Positions 11,100-23,053 of a stretch of DNA of 64,000 nt are shown here, piece after piece (positions within the stretch are counted from its first letter, which is position 1; each line of letters opens with the position of its first letter). The translations under genes and the position numbers were made by a program. The DNA is taken from NCBI GenBank assembly GCA_000442015.1, contig KE561079.1:1-64000 (forward strand), written 5' to 3'. The DNA is from Rozella allomycis CSF55. Its lineage: Eukaryota. The notes beneath the pieces are model-generated. The model worked only from the letters and a program-made list of their open reading frames with translations. It was not told the DNA's origin and did no database searches.

Positions 11100-12704
11100 T
11101 TAATATCTGTCTCTATTAGGGAAACTGGACTTATCTCGATATGATGAAGCAAAAGTTTTTTCATAGTCAGTGTAACTGTCATCGTACCGTGATTTATAAC
11201 GATCGTCAACATAAGAGTCTTGATATTCTGAATTGTAATCTTCATATCTCCTGGTCGCCTCTTTTCTATCATATCCTTCCACTGTTTCACTGTAATTCCC
11301 ATAGTCTGCCTCTTGTCTCCCTCGAAAGGAATCATCAAAACCACTTTGGAAATAAGTTTCATTTGGATTTTTTTGATTGTTAATATTCATCTCGCTATTT
11401 TTTCTTTTCATGGATGTATTTGATTTTCCATCGAGTCCTAACATTCCTTTAATTTTCCCCATAATTCCTACTTTAGGGGCTACGTACATAGATGATCTTT
11501 CATTTTTTAATTCCTTCTTTATGATATCGTCATGATTGTCTTCATCATAAACTATTTCACCGTAAATGATTAAGCCGATGTTTATGGCAAGACCAATGAA
11601 GCCAACAATTATAAAATATAGTCGGTACTTTTCTTGCATTAAATATATACCATATGCGCAATTGCCTAACGCAGCCAAAAGCAAAATATATCCAATTATC
11701 CAATGAGCCTTGTCTCTTAATGGAGGGGAGTTGCGATAAGGATCCCAAAGAAAGTGGATAAGAACACCTATTATAATCTGAATCAGGAAAAGACCAATAA
11801 TTGACAATCCCAAATATGCATGTGGATTATCTATGCCCAGATCGCCTGGGTACCTAATAAATGCGAACACTAAACCTGCAACAGTTGAGATGCCCATTAC
11901 AATAACAATCGACCAATGAATAGGAAACCAAATTTTGGTACCGACTCTTCTTAGATATCGGGCAGAAAATAGTGCAGCACTTGAACAAAAAACCCACGCG
12001 AACAGCATTAGTGACCCATGCAATATTATGAAAAGAGTGGGTTTAGTCAACGGAGAATTTGAAACATTTGCATTCTGAGTCTCATAAAAATTCACTGAAA
12101 AGGAATTTGAAACAGTAGGAGTTGGCAAAACTGAGTTTGAGTTTGAGGGTTCTATCGGAGCACTATCGCTTATTAAATAAGTACAAGTAATCTTCTTGTT
12201 AGGAATATCAACATCAGTTGGTTTCTGTTTTTTTACAGGCTTTGTAAATGTTATGCACAAAAGAGGGGTATCCACATAGAATGACTGCTGAATTTTAACA
12301 TTTTGCACGTCATCTTTGACAATAGTACCATTATCTGCAACTGTTCTATCAGTGATATAAATTTCGTTAAACTGCGGATCATACCAACCGGCTGCTACAT
12401 CTGTTCCTGGTGTTGTAACTGAACTGCCAAACGCCAATCCTGCCCAACTAAAATGCATCACAAATATTTATCTTACCCCTTGGTTTTCGCTGCGATCCTG
12501 AATAGCATATTAGTATCACTACTTTCATATTGGCTGTATATACAAAAGCCTTTGTCTGGTGAGCAATAATTGGAACCCTTCAATGGAGGGCAAACGACTA
12601 CATCAACATAATTAGAATATTTTACCCTGTTGTTTACTTGGTGAATTTTCAATGGCCACTATTGTATACAAAGATAAAAGTGAAAAAAGAACAAAATGTA
12701 ACAT
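11100..12704 (-). CDS. DOMON + cytochrome b561 domain membrane protein
   Basis: Signal peptide from ATG 12704; DOMON-like WAGLAFG...GTDVAAGW; b561 histidines in HGSLMLFAW, WFPIHW, PHAYLGL and AHWIIG. Confidence 0.85.
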
Positions 12705-12789
12705 AACTCGGAGAATTTCACCCAATCATCTTAGATCAAGACAAAAACAAAAACTGATCAAATACGTAGTCCATAAAAACGTTCATTAT

Positions 12790-14350
12790 TTATTTCTCGA
12801 TTAGTGTAGCCTTAATATCTACATTATATAGATCATTCGTCAAAATTTTCTAGTAACCAAAACACTTGCAATTTACATTAATGTCTTTTAATGAAGCATC
12901 CTTCGCTTCCATTAGTTTATCTTTCTTCTTGAGTAACCATTTGTACGAAAAGAGTGCAAGTATTTCAATTGAATCGTTTGCCATCATCAAGTCCCACAAA
13001 ATCAGCAAATTGTGCGATTCTATGTATCCGGCAAATCCAACAGAAATCATGGAGTGTAGATTTTTGAATATCGAAATCTTTATGGATCGTGTTAGTTTAT
13101 TAACAAAATCGTGGTGCAAAGTCATCAACTTTGTTTCTATTTTTTGAAGGAGAATGTAAATATGATTTGACGATAGTGTAATGGTTTGAAGACTGCAGAA
13201 ATACCTATGCTTGTTACTTAAATCTCATACTTTACAAAGAGTGCTTTAAACATTGCATAAATATTTTCAACTGAGTCACTGATAAAACATAGAGGAGCAA
13301 CGAATCGACATAAATTGTCAAATAATGGCAATCCACTAGGCGTATACATTAAAATCTCTTTCGAATTTTGTGCATTGACTTTGAAGTACTTTAAATATGA
13401 CAAAGCAATGGAGTCATCCCTTGAAAATATTAGCATGATAAAGTTGCAAAGATCTTCAAATACAAAATAGCCATCGTCTTCTGAAATGCTTCGTGACTGA
13501 ATTCGAATTATTTTATCTGCGGCCAATTCATAGGTAGCCAAATGTTTTGTCAACTTTTTAAAATAGCTTTTTTCGACATCTTTTAAAACTGGTACTAAAC
13601 TTGATGATTTAAGAATTAGTTTCCAACACTCCGATCTTGCCCAGGGTTGGCATCCATTTACTGCAATTACTTTGCAAAGTTCATCAATCCTAAAAGAGCT
13701 TAGCAAATTCTCAACATCGTTTTCTTGCGTATACTTATTTCGATTATTTTCAAGCCATTCCAAACCATCATTGAAATAACTGGGAAATGGAAACTTGAAT
13801 AGTCTTGTGTCATCACTTTCACAAAGAATAATTAGCATTTACGCATTAAAATTGTGGTGCTTCAAGTTAAGAATCTCATCGAAAATATCTTCAGAGTTTA
13901 ATAATGTGACTTTTCCAATGCCCGCGGTATCAAGTTGGGCAAAATATTCCACAAGATATTCAATATCTACGTTATTCACTTTTAACTCGAAACATTATGT
14001 TACCTTATTTAGTTCAATCCCTCTTAATTTTGACAAAGGCCCGGGAAATTGCTGGATTATGTCGCCGAACCTTTTACAATACAATGCCGCCATCTTTGCA
14101 TGAAATTTATTGACTTCATCAATATCAAAGTTAAGATTCTTTTCCTGCTTCTCGCATCTTTTATATTCATAAAGGAGGCCTTTCTTAAGAATCTCAGTTT
14201 GTGCGTCAATATAATGTTCTTCAATATTTTCATTCTGCAACAATTCCTCTAAACTCAATAAATGACATATACTCTTAATTTTTGTTCGTAATATGATCTT
14301 GCAAGGGCTTTATAAACTTTAATTTCATACTGGTCCGTAGCTGACGTCAT
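12790..14350 (-). CDS. TBC1D19: Rab-GAP TBC domain protein, TBC1D19-like, multi-exon
   Basis: DDGYFVFED...FSRD, YTPSGLP...FVAPLCF and FAGY...LLILWD motifs. Boundaries approximate. Confidence 0.8.
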
Positions 14351-14416
14351 TGAAATTTCAGATTCACTAAAATTTAAAATGGTGCAATATAAACGAATTG
14401 CATAGTAAAAGACAAA

Positions 14417-15283
14417 TTAATGGCATTTATTTATTATATTCGCATATCTCTCACAAGATTCAGCATAGGGATGCCTATTTCTGAAGGAATTTCTTTCTGA
14501 CCTTTTCCTTGAAAGTGTCTCGCTACAACCCCAAGGATCTGCCTCAAACAATCTATACGCGTTCTCCAACTCACCAATTTCCATTTTTCTTCTTTTACTG
14601 TGGTCAATCAACTTCAAATCAGGGCTTTCATAATTCAATGATTCCAGATTCAAAGCATGTGCATGCAATTCACGGAATCTTTTTTCTTTAAAGTACATTC
14701 CAATAACAGTTATTCTTTTGGGGTACTGACCTAAACTCATATCCCAAAAAGATTTATACCGGTGACTTGTTGAAATCGACAGATACTGAATAACAGATTT
14801 TCAAACGAATCGGTTGCATAATCCTCTGTGAAAACATTAAGAGTGGAATTATATGGAAAGAGTTTTGATATTCTATAATAAGACGACGCCTCGGAAATTG
14901 GACCAGCTTGCATCCTAGTTTGACCTTAATCATATTTAATTAATTCTTTTACCACCTGAAAACACTAAAACAGATTTTGGATCATTATTGTGCTCTGTAA
15001 CAGCCATTCTTATATGTTCAACAAACTCATTGGGCATAAACAGATTCTTTTGATAATGATAAAGGAACCAATTGTCTTCTTTATAAATTGAATCCATTGA
15101 AATTTCATTTCCGGTAAACACTGCATGGCATGGAACGATAATTAGATGTGTCGTTTCTGGTTTCAATTGAGAGTCCAAATCGGATTCAATTTCATTTGTA
15201 GAAGATAGTATAAATATTGCCAAAACAATTAGAGTCAGAAAAACAGTGTTTCTGCTGTCATGCAATTTCGAAGCAAAATGCAT
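14417..15283 (-). CDS. DUF218-domain protein (yeast YOR238W-like), 3 exons
   Basis: HLIIVPCHAVF, LVFSGG/QTR...GPISEASSY, TEDYATDSFENLLFSICRF, YPKRITVIG..FKEKRF..LH. The only suitable in-frame ATG overlaps the tRNA 3' end. Confidence 0.8.
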
Positions 15284-15324
15284 TCGCTGGGAATCGAACC
15301 CAGGTCTTTCGCTTGGAAGGCGAA
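15279..15324 (-). tRNA. tRNA-Gly(TCC), 3' half only (5' half lost in N gap at 15325)
   Basis: Minus strand reads TTCGCCTTCCAAGCGAAAGACCTGGGTTCGATTCCCAGCGAATGCA then TTTT: anticodon stem TTCGC/GCGAA with loop CTTCCAA, T-arm GGTTCGATTCC, and a Pol III T-run. Confidence 0.85.
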
Positions 15325-15325
15325 N

Positions 15326-15682
15326 TAAACGCCCCACAAACAGGCTCTTCATTCACATCCATAAACTTTCCTTCATACGCAGTAGCTGGAAAATGCTTCT
15401 TCAAAAATGCCAAAACAAACTTTGACGAAGCCACATCAACCCTCGTCAATACTGCAATCGAATCAACAATCATTCGCTCAGCCATCTCCCTGCTTTTTGG
15501 AATATACCGCTCAACCAGACAATACTTTTTGTACTTTTCAAACTGATACTGCAAATACTCTTTCGCACACTCTTCATAAAACCCATCGAAATACCCAGAA
15601 ACACTAACAAATCCCAACTCCTTCAATCTCACTCTCTCACCAGCATCCGCTACCAAAAACGCAGCATTCACCAAAACATCGT
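15326..15682 (-). CDS. Gap-bounded fragment of the 4-Cys-repeat surface protein family (possibly the continuation of the 17597-18764 gene)
   Basis: YFDGFYEECAKEY...KYCLVERYIPKSREMAERMIVDSI...DVNEEPVCGAF is clearly homologous to repeat 2 of the 18764 and 26366 proteins. Confidence 0.75.
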
Positions 15683-15763
15683 NATTGTGACAATGTCTTT
15701 TGTGAAAGCTTAAAGTTTGCACAAATCGGAAATCTCATATTACGAACTTTTTACTTCTTAAAT

Positions 15764-17480
15764 TAAGGCCAAGTAACCCATAACGGTTCCATAATACAAG
15801 GGTACAGGTACGTGAAAAAAAACAACTGTTGTCAATGAATCTCTCTTACTCAAACAGTGCAAAAGCAAATTTTTACTTCGAATCAATCGGTGAAGACCGA
15901 TGGAAGTGTAAATTTTGCTTAACTGAGCGAAAACAAGTGAAGAACAATGGGTACGCAAATCTTGTGCAGCACGTTGAAAAGGAACATCCAAATTGGAAAG
16001 AAGAAATGAAAGTGTCATCACCAGCAATAACATTCGTGTCCACTGAGAAAGAAAGAAATGTGTTTGGATGGTTGGATCTTTTGACTGAAAGAAATGTGTT
16101 TGGATGGTTGGATCTTTTGACTGGAAGTATGCTACCATTTACCTCTTGCGAAGACCCTTTGTTCCTACAGTATTCACGATTGAAGAAAATGGACTCTGAT
16201 ACTTTTCTGCAATATGCACATTTATTGGTAGCGTCTGTGGAAGAAAAGATCAGTAAAGAATTGCCTGACAAAGGAGGAATAATGTTCGATCATTGGACAG
16301 ATTCGGGAAATCATTATGTGGGTCTTTTTTCTGTGACACCGGGTTCACCATTGAGGCTTTTGACCCTGTCTCCCTTACAGAATGAAGAAGCGTTGGATAC
16401 GGAAAGTCATGTTGCATTTTTGGAGGACACTCTTGAAATATATGGAAAAGGGCGTGAATTTCTGCAATTTATCGCTGGGAAAAATTGTAATCTCATGAAA
16501 TCAATAGCCAATGCCTTCACCGTTCCTTTATTGGGCTGTGCCTCCCACCGCTTCAACCTTGCAGTCCAACAGCTGCTGGACGAAAGATATTCTGGAATTA
16601 TGGTCAAGTTAAAGGAGTTAATGAAAAGACTTAACCGGTTGAAGTTGAAGCAGTGGGGAAAATGGAGACACAAGACAAAGCTAAGTCCTGTTGTTTACAA
16701 TGATACAAGATGGAGTGGAAAATATGCAATGGTCAGGGAATATCTTCAGTTAAAAGAGTTTATTGATGACATGTATCCCGATCTTGTTGATTATTTGCCT
16801 TCTACACAAGAGCAAATTGTTATTCAAGAAATGAATCAAGTCATGTCAAAATTGGAGTCTGTTACCGACGCCTTACAAGGTGAGGTGACAATGGAAGAAG
16901 TGAGAATTCTCTTTGACAGTGTCATTGAGGAATTTCCTTCTACGAGGGGTTATTTGGCTGCTGGCGCGGAGATTGTTCCCAATGTTGCATTTGAGAATGC
17001 CCTGGTGAAAGTGACTGGAAAAAAGGAAGACATACTCACCATGGAAGAAAAAGAGACTTTGATACCATTTAAGCGTGCTTCAATTCAACTCACATCTGAA
17101 GAGGAAAAGGAGCTGGGGTTTGCCGCCGCAATACTTCAGCAAGCAAAAAAACGGAAACTCGGGGAGAGCGAATATGAAGATTTGACATTTATTCCTCCAA
17201 CATGCAATCAATGTGAGCGATTATTCAGCCAATGTTACGAAATGACTCTACGTAATTTGAAAATGCTCATGTTTTTGAAACTAAATCGGTCAATGTGGAA
17301 CCTTGAAGAAGTCAGTCAGATCGTACGCCGCAAGAAGAACGACAAATAAAATCTGATTTTGCATTTAAAAATTAGTTTTGGAGTGATCATTATGGATCCA
17401 TAAATCATAATGGTCATTATGGATGTGGTATCAAAACAGCATACCCAAAATAATCTCATATCATAATCGGATCCGCTGCT
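15764..17480 (+). mobile_element. hAT-superfamily DNA transposon, decayed
   Basis: Encodes a hAT transposase; candidate left terminus TAAGGCCAAGTAACCCATAA at 15764; clusters of CATAA/TTATG subterminal repeats at about 15778-15794 and 17388-17470; no matching right TIR seen; higher GC than flanks. Confidence 0.8.
15835..17349 (+). pseudogene. hAT transposase with BED zinc finger, probably inactive
   Basis: BED finger WKCKFC...NLVQHVEKEH; IMFDHWT (D1); CASHRFNLAVQ; TRWSG; PPTCNQCERLFS (E). The expected D2 motif reads AGKNC, there is a 36-nt tandem duplication at 16051-16122, and the C-terminal domain appears shortened. Confidence 0.8.
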
Positions 17481-17596
17481 TTATAGTTTGTCTGCTAAAT
17501 AGAGATTGTCTTTTGAGGTGTGCAATTTTTTATGGTAGGCCAACGCAGGGCTGGGGACAATACTATTGTCAATATATTGTTGGGAGGAAGGAGTCN

Positions 17597-18764
17597 CAAG
17601 GTGGAGATACACGGCGTCTTGCATGACAATCTTGTAATCGCTCGAGGTGGCTAGTTGCACACAGTCTTTCACGGGCCCATAACTTGTTTTGGCATAATGT
17701 TCCTTCATACACTCGGAATACGTCTTTTTGGCCCCCTTCTGTGATTTCTTATCACTTGCAATCTCAATACCCAACTTCTTCAGCTCATTCTGGCGGCCCA
17801 GTTCAATCGCTTTCACTTTGATAGCCTCTATCAGCGCCTGCTTTTCGCCAAGATAGTTAAACTGCGAGTTTTTGCTGAATGCCTGGATCCAGTAGCTCAT
17901 CACATGGAATCGGTCAATGGATTTAATACAATACGAAAATTTAGCTACCTCTCTGCTGGACAGAAATGACGCACATGCGAGATTGCCGCTTTTGTCAAAT
18001 ACTTTTTCGTCATAGTGGTAGTCGGTGAAACGATCTTTTACAAACTGGATCAGATTACTCGTCCGCTTGCCGTCGAGATGCGCATTGATCGTGTCGATGA
18101 TAAGAATTTCAGCCATTTCTTTCGTCTTGTTGATGTATCTGTGCACAAGACAATATTTCTCGTAATCAGCAAAGTTGAATTTGTATTCTTTAGAACATTC
18201 TTCATAAAATCCGTCAAAGTACGAGTCATCCCCTTGATAGCCTTTCAGTTTCAGTTTTAGGACTTCATTGGAGTGGGCTACCTTGAAGGCGAAATTCATT
18301 AAAATCTCCTTGATCAAGACAATCCTCTTGTTTCTCTTGTTAAGTATACTTGAATCAATCTTATTCACACCGTTTAAAAGATACTCGGCGTACGGAAATG
18401 ACTCGATTTTTCCAATACAGCTCTTAAATGGGATCATGTTGTCAGATATAGCCGATATTTCGTCAAAACAGTGCAGCCCTTGATTGTAAAAATCTATCAC
18501 GTTGAAACTGATAACCCTTTTTGAAAGAGTCTTTATAATCTCTTGCATTTTGTCTTCGGTAATCTTAAAGTCTACTTTGTGGACCAAGTAAAATGCGACA
18601 GTGTCTTCTATCACTTCATTTACATCGGATTCTAGTGAGAGATAGTAGCACTCTTTGAAAGAAGCGGGATAATTTGCTTTTCTGTTTTTCATGCATTCGC
18701 TGTATAGCGTACAAGAACAGATGTTAATAAAAAATAGATACAGAAGGAGAAATGGTTTCACCAT
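17597..18764 (-). CDS. 4-Cys-repeat secreted/surface protein, at least 3 repeats, 3' end cut by N gap
   Basis: Signal peptide MVKPFLLLYLFFINICSC; repeats begin LYSEC, FYEEC and TYSEC; intronless. Confidence 0.8.
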
Positions 18765-18943
18765 ATTTTTAAGCCACCGCTTTGCCACGCCTAAAAATGG
18801 AATGATTTAAAGCTCAAAAATAGAACTTTTTTCAGTAAAAAAAACTAACACGCGATTTTTTAAAGTTTTTTTTGTAAATTGAAAAAAACCAATTACAGAG
18901 AGATTGTACATAAGTTTGATTATCCGCTGCAACTCAGCCACGG

Positions 18944-20248
18944 ATGATTATTGTAATCTATATTTTGACATTTTTGATGGGGCATATATATGGATCTCCA
19001 TACGCTGACTGCAGTTTTCCATACCTATACGAATTTGATGCGATAAAGTCATTCGAAATATATCTTGCAAAATGCGTACCCAAGTTGGGGCCAGATAGCT
19101 ATGATGAATTTGCAAGAGATGCTTATTTTATCAAATTACAAGGTTACATGAGAAATGTTATTTATGATTTCAATGTTTCTTTGATTAGGGGAATCGACGA
19201 AATTGGAAAAAGTTTCACCAACTTGAATGAACCTATATGTTTTTCAGAACTTGATGAAGCACTGTTTCAGTTCAATAAATGCATTAACAGCATACAAGAT
19301 TTTTCAATCTTGGCTATTTGGCTATTTGCTATTAGAAAGCAACCAGACTTTACTCACGAAGACTCATTTTTGGGAAAAGCGGAGCATATAGTAGGCAGAG
19401 CTGCACTTTTGTTGGCTGATTCAATGGAGGCCAATGAATTGGATTTGATAAAGTTCAAAACATCACAACCACAATTATTGCCGTACAATGATTGTTTTTC
19501 ATATTACTTGAAAAGTGATGAATCTATCGCTAAATTCGCTGTCAAAGCTTACTTATATAATTGCCTTGAACCTTCTATTTTTAAGAGTGGCGACGTCGAT
19601 GATGGTTTAGTACACTCTGTGTTTACTTTCTTGTACGAAGTCCACTTTGTAGGATATGATGGAAAACATGTTCAAAATCTACTTGGATATATATCAAATG
19701 CATTTCCAAATACTAAAGTTAAAGATTTTAAAAGTATTTCAGGACTTCCATTATGTTCAGAAAACCTTACGGACTTAAAAATATTCAAAGAATGCGTTGA
19801 CGCTATTGATAATATTGAATTTTTAGAATACTGGATAAGAGGAATGCATATCTTTTCACAGACATTTCCGGATATGATCAAGAAAGGTACAAAGTTACAT
19901 GCAATAAACATGCTCATAGGGCAGAGTCTCCATTTTAAGAGAACTCTCAGGCATGATGATTATATGAGAAATTCGAGACTCGAAAGAAATCAGCTTTTAA
20001 CAATTGAAAACAATTTTGATACGAACCAAGAGCCTTATCACAATTCACCAAGATCGGACATTTTGATCATGATCACCTGTTCAGTATTAACTCTATGTTT
20101 TGCTTTCATTGTATATAGAACATCAAAGAAAAGTCAGCATTTATCATCTCCTCCTATTGCAGTTAATTCTAATCCGCAAATTCAATTACAGCAAGATTAT
20201 GAATTGCCTAAATATGAAAAGCCCCCGTCATATGATTATCATCAATAA
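18944..20248 (+). CDS. 4-Cys-repeat type I membrane protein with PY-motif tail
   Basis: Signal peptide; two repeats (PYADC, PYNDC); TM ILIMITCSVLTLCFAFIVY; tail LPKYEKPPSY. Confidence 0.85.
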   Translation: MIIVIYILTFLMGHIYGSPYADCSFPYLYEFDAIKSFEIYLAKCVPKLGPDSYDEFARDAYFIKLQGYMRNVIYDFNVSLIRGIDEIGKSFTNLNEPICFSELDEALFQFNKCINSIQDFSILAIWLFAIRKQPDFTHEDSFLGKAEHIVGRAALLLADSMEANELDLIKFKTSQPQLLPYNDCFSYYLKSDESIAKFAVKAYLYNCLEPSIFKSGDVDDGLVHSVFTFLYEVHFVGYDGKHVQNLLGYISNAFPNTKVKDFKSISGLPLCSENLTDLKIFKECVDAIDNIEFLEYWIRGMHIFSQTFPDMIKKGTKLHAINMLIGQSLHFKRTLRHDDYMRNSRLERNQLLTIENNFDTNQEPYHNSPRSDILIMITCSVLTLCFAFIVYRTSKKSQHLSSPPIAVNSNPQIQLQQDYELPKYEKPPSYDYHQ

Positions 20249-20303
20249 ATACTTGTTTTTGTAAGATGTATTTTTAGCTTGGAAATCCTATGTGGCTTAG
20301 ATC

Positions 20304-21536
20304 ATGAGACGACGAAAAATAGCGTTGTTCATCTTATTTTCTGTGCATTTCCTTTTATGTAGTGCTATTTCTTACGATAATTGCCGCCGATATTTCTTTC
20401 CACTATCACCCAAAACCGTTAACTCGTTGGAAAGTTACTTTTACGAGTGTCTTGGTTATTCTACATACGCTGAAAAAGAAATAGTTACATCAGATTTATT
20501 TTTTCTGGTTCTGTTTAAGTCATATTTTAAGCGATTTCCTTACTATCATTTGCTTGACTTCTCCAAGTTTCAATATCTTTTCGATACAAGTTTTCTAAAT
20601 AACAAAGAATATCCTGTTTGTCTCTTGGAATTCGATAGAAATGAATATTTTGAATTTAAATACTGCATTCGTCAAATAACGAACGCGAAATATGTTAAGT
20701 ACTGGATGATTGCTATGAATATGGGGGTTTCATATTTTAAACATTTGAATGATGATAATTATTTTAGAGATCAAGGTCATGCAAATACTTGGGATATTAA
20801 TGTATTACGAAAGTACAGAGATGACGTCCAAAAAATTTTCGACAATGCATTGGACAGCAGATCGGAATATGAAGAATGCTTTAATCATTACAATTTCAAG
20901 GTTAAAAATGAATACAGCTCATTAAAAGCTGCCGATTTTATTAAAAAATATAAAACGTACTGCCTCAATTCATATGTGATGAAAAAAGAAGACATTCAAT
21001 TGGTTAAAATTCATGCCGTTTATATATACTTATTTACAAATATGCGTGTTTTCTATTTTGGTGAACCAATTCTTAAATATATATCCACGATTTATGATGA
21101 TGACTTCAGCCCATCATTTGCCAATTATAGAGGCGATCCGATGTGCTCTGAGTGGCTTCTTCTTTTGCATGATTTTGAAGATTGTGTTAAAAAACTACAA
21201 ATATCCCATTTAGAGTATTGGGATCAAGGATTGAGTCTCTACAAGGAAAAGTATTGTGATACTTTACACTGTAAATACGGATTTCATGCTCTCATCGTAA
21301 AAGAACTTTTATCTGGGATTGATTCTTCTAATTCTCAAATTTATCTTGCTGCGTGGATTGGCGGTGCACTTGTAACGTTCTTTATGTTTACAGTGATCTT
21401 TATATTACGCAGGAGAAAGAAAACAAATACTGATATAGTTACAGATGTTTTTTGTGAATCTATTGAAGAGTTGCCTCAATACGAAGCATGTATTGTAGAA
21501 GATTCGGAAAGCCCGCCCCCTCCGCCATATGAATAA
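20304..21536 (+). CDS. 4-Cys-repeat type I membrane protein with PY-motif tail
   Basis: Signal peptide; two repeats (SYDNC, EYEEC); TM IYLAAWIGGALVTFFMFTVIFIL followed by RRRKK; tail LPQYE...PPPPPYE. Confidence 0.85.
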   Translation: MRRRKIALFILFSVHFLLCSAISYDNCRRYFFPLSPKTVNSLESYFYECLGYSTYAEKEIVTSDLFFLVLFKSYFKRFPYYHLLDFSKFQYLFDTSFLNNKEYPVCLLEFDRNEYFEFKYCIRQITNAKYVKYWMIAMNMGVSYFKHLNDDNYFRDQGHANTWDINVLRKYRDDVQKIFDNALDSRSEYEECFNHYNFKVKNEYSSLKAADFIKKYKTYCLNSYVMKKEDIQLVKIHAVYIYLFTNMRVFYFGEPILKYISTIYDDDFSPSFANYRGDPMCSEWLLLLHDFEDCVKKLQISHLEYWDQGLSLYKEKYCDTLHCKYGFHALIVKELLSGIDSSNSQIYLAAWIGGALVTFFMFTVIFILRRRKKTNTDIVTDVFCESIEELPQYEACIVEDSESPPPPPYE

Positions 21537-21650
21537 AAAGAGATATAAGATATACGGCAGTTACTGCTATTCATAAAACCAATAAATAGATTTTTCTATC
21601 TAAAATTTTTTTGGAATTTGTTATTTTTTTAATATATCAACCGAAGTGTA

Positions 21651-23007
21651 AATGAGATTCCTAAATTTCCCTAAACTCCTTTGCCGATCTATGATCGTTA
21701 TTAACGTCTGTATCAATCATAATATAGGTACCTTAAGTTGTTAGTATTTTGTACCTATGTGGTTCGGAAATTAATGCAAGCTATCCCTGAAGGTATGTAA
21801 GTTGATTGAATAATATAATAGCTCAAGAAGAAGAAGACGATGTTCCTAAAAAATACACTCTGTATGCACAACCACCAACTTTAAACGGGAACATAATATC
21901 AACTCCCCCGTTCACTCCCAAAGAAACAACCATTAATCACGATAATGAAAAGAAGAAAATGAAAAAAGTGTTTCAAACCCGATTGCATACAACTAAAGTT
22001 ACCGCCAAGTCCACATTAGTAACTCTTTATGTTGATTTTCATTAGCTTACTCCAGGTCCAGCTGATTATAGAGTAGATGACTTTGTATCGTTACTGAGAC
22101 GACGAAGTTCTGTAACTGTACCAGAGAAAAATGAGATAGTGGAAGACAAAATTGATGAACAAAATAATCAAGAACCGATCATTACGTTGAGGCCATCATG
22201 GATGTTCAAATCAAAGTCAAATCGTGACTTCATAAAATTGAATTCAGCCAATGTATCTCCAGGCGATTATTTCAAAGAGAACATTGGAGTTGAACACGCA
22301 ATAACTAGTTGTTTCACGTCTAAATCAAATCGATTTAAATCTCAATCTGTAAGTTTTAACAAACCGATCATATTAGAATAATGTTCCAGGGCCATGCGAC
22401 TATTTTTCTGAAACCAAAACAAGGCCACGGCAACTCAATTCCTCGTGGATCAAATCCTGTCAGAGTAACCTTGGCAGACTTTTGTGCAATNCAAAGTCAA
22501 AGCGTGATTTCATAAAATTAAATTCAGCCAATGTATCTCCAGGCGATTATTTCAAAGAAGACATTGGAGTTGAACACGCAATCACTAGCTGTTTCACGTC
22601 TAAATCAAATCGATTTAAATCTCAATCTGTAAGTTTTAACAAACCGATCATATTAGAATAATGTTCCAGGGCCATGCGACTATTTTTCTGAAACCAAAAC
22701 AAGGCCACGGCAACTCAATTCCTCGTGGATCAAATCCTGTCAGAGTAACCTTGGCAGACTTTTGTGCAATGTTGAAATTCAATCTAATCACATGCCATTT
22801 AAATCCGTTTTAGGTCAAAGAATAGACAGATACGAAACTAATGAAGATGAGCTTGATATCTTTTCAACTTTAAAAACCAAAGGTTCAAAGACAAATGGGG
22901 AACCAGACACCAAAACGAGCCATCAGAGTCTGGAAGAAAAGGTGAACCAACAAACTTTACCAAAATTTCATTCGTCATATTTGATGACAAATAAAATAAA
23001 CCAATAA
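21651..23007 (+). CDS. Sperm-tail PG-rich/SHIPPO (STPG/ODF3-like) repeat protein, multi-exon; internal 280-bp duplication at N22491
   Basis: Spliced frames give TPGPADY (about 22049), SPGDY and VPGPCDY motifs. Start position uncertain. Confidence 0.5.
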
Positions 23008-23053
23008 ATACAAAAATTTGAAAACAATCTTTAAAATGATGTCTTTATTACTA

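Noticed and set aside
14936-15722. ORFs 14936-15352, 15217-15546 and 15258-15722 as single genes
   Set aside because: They read through N gaps and the tRNA, fusing unrelated contigs.
22211-22770. 280-bp tandem duplication as a real repeat expansion
   Set aside because: The copies are joined by a single N at 22491, like the other contig-overlap artefacts.
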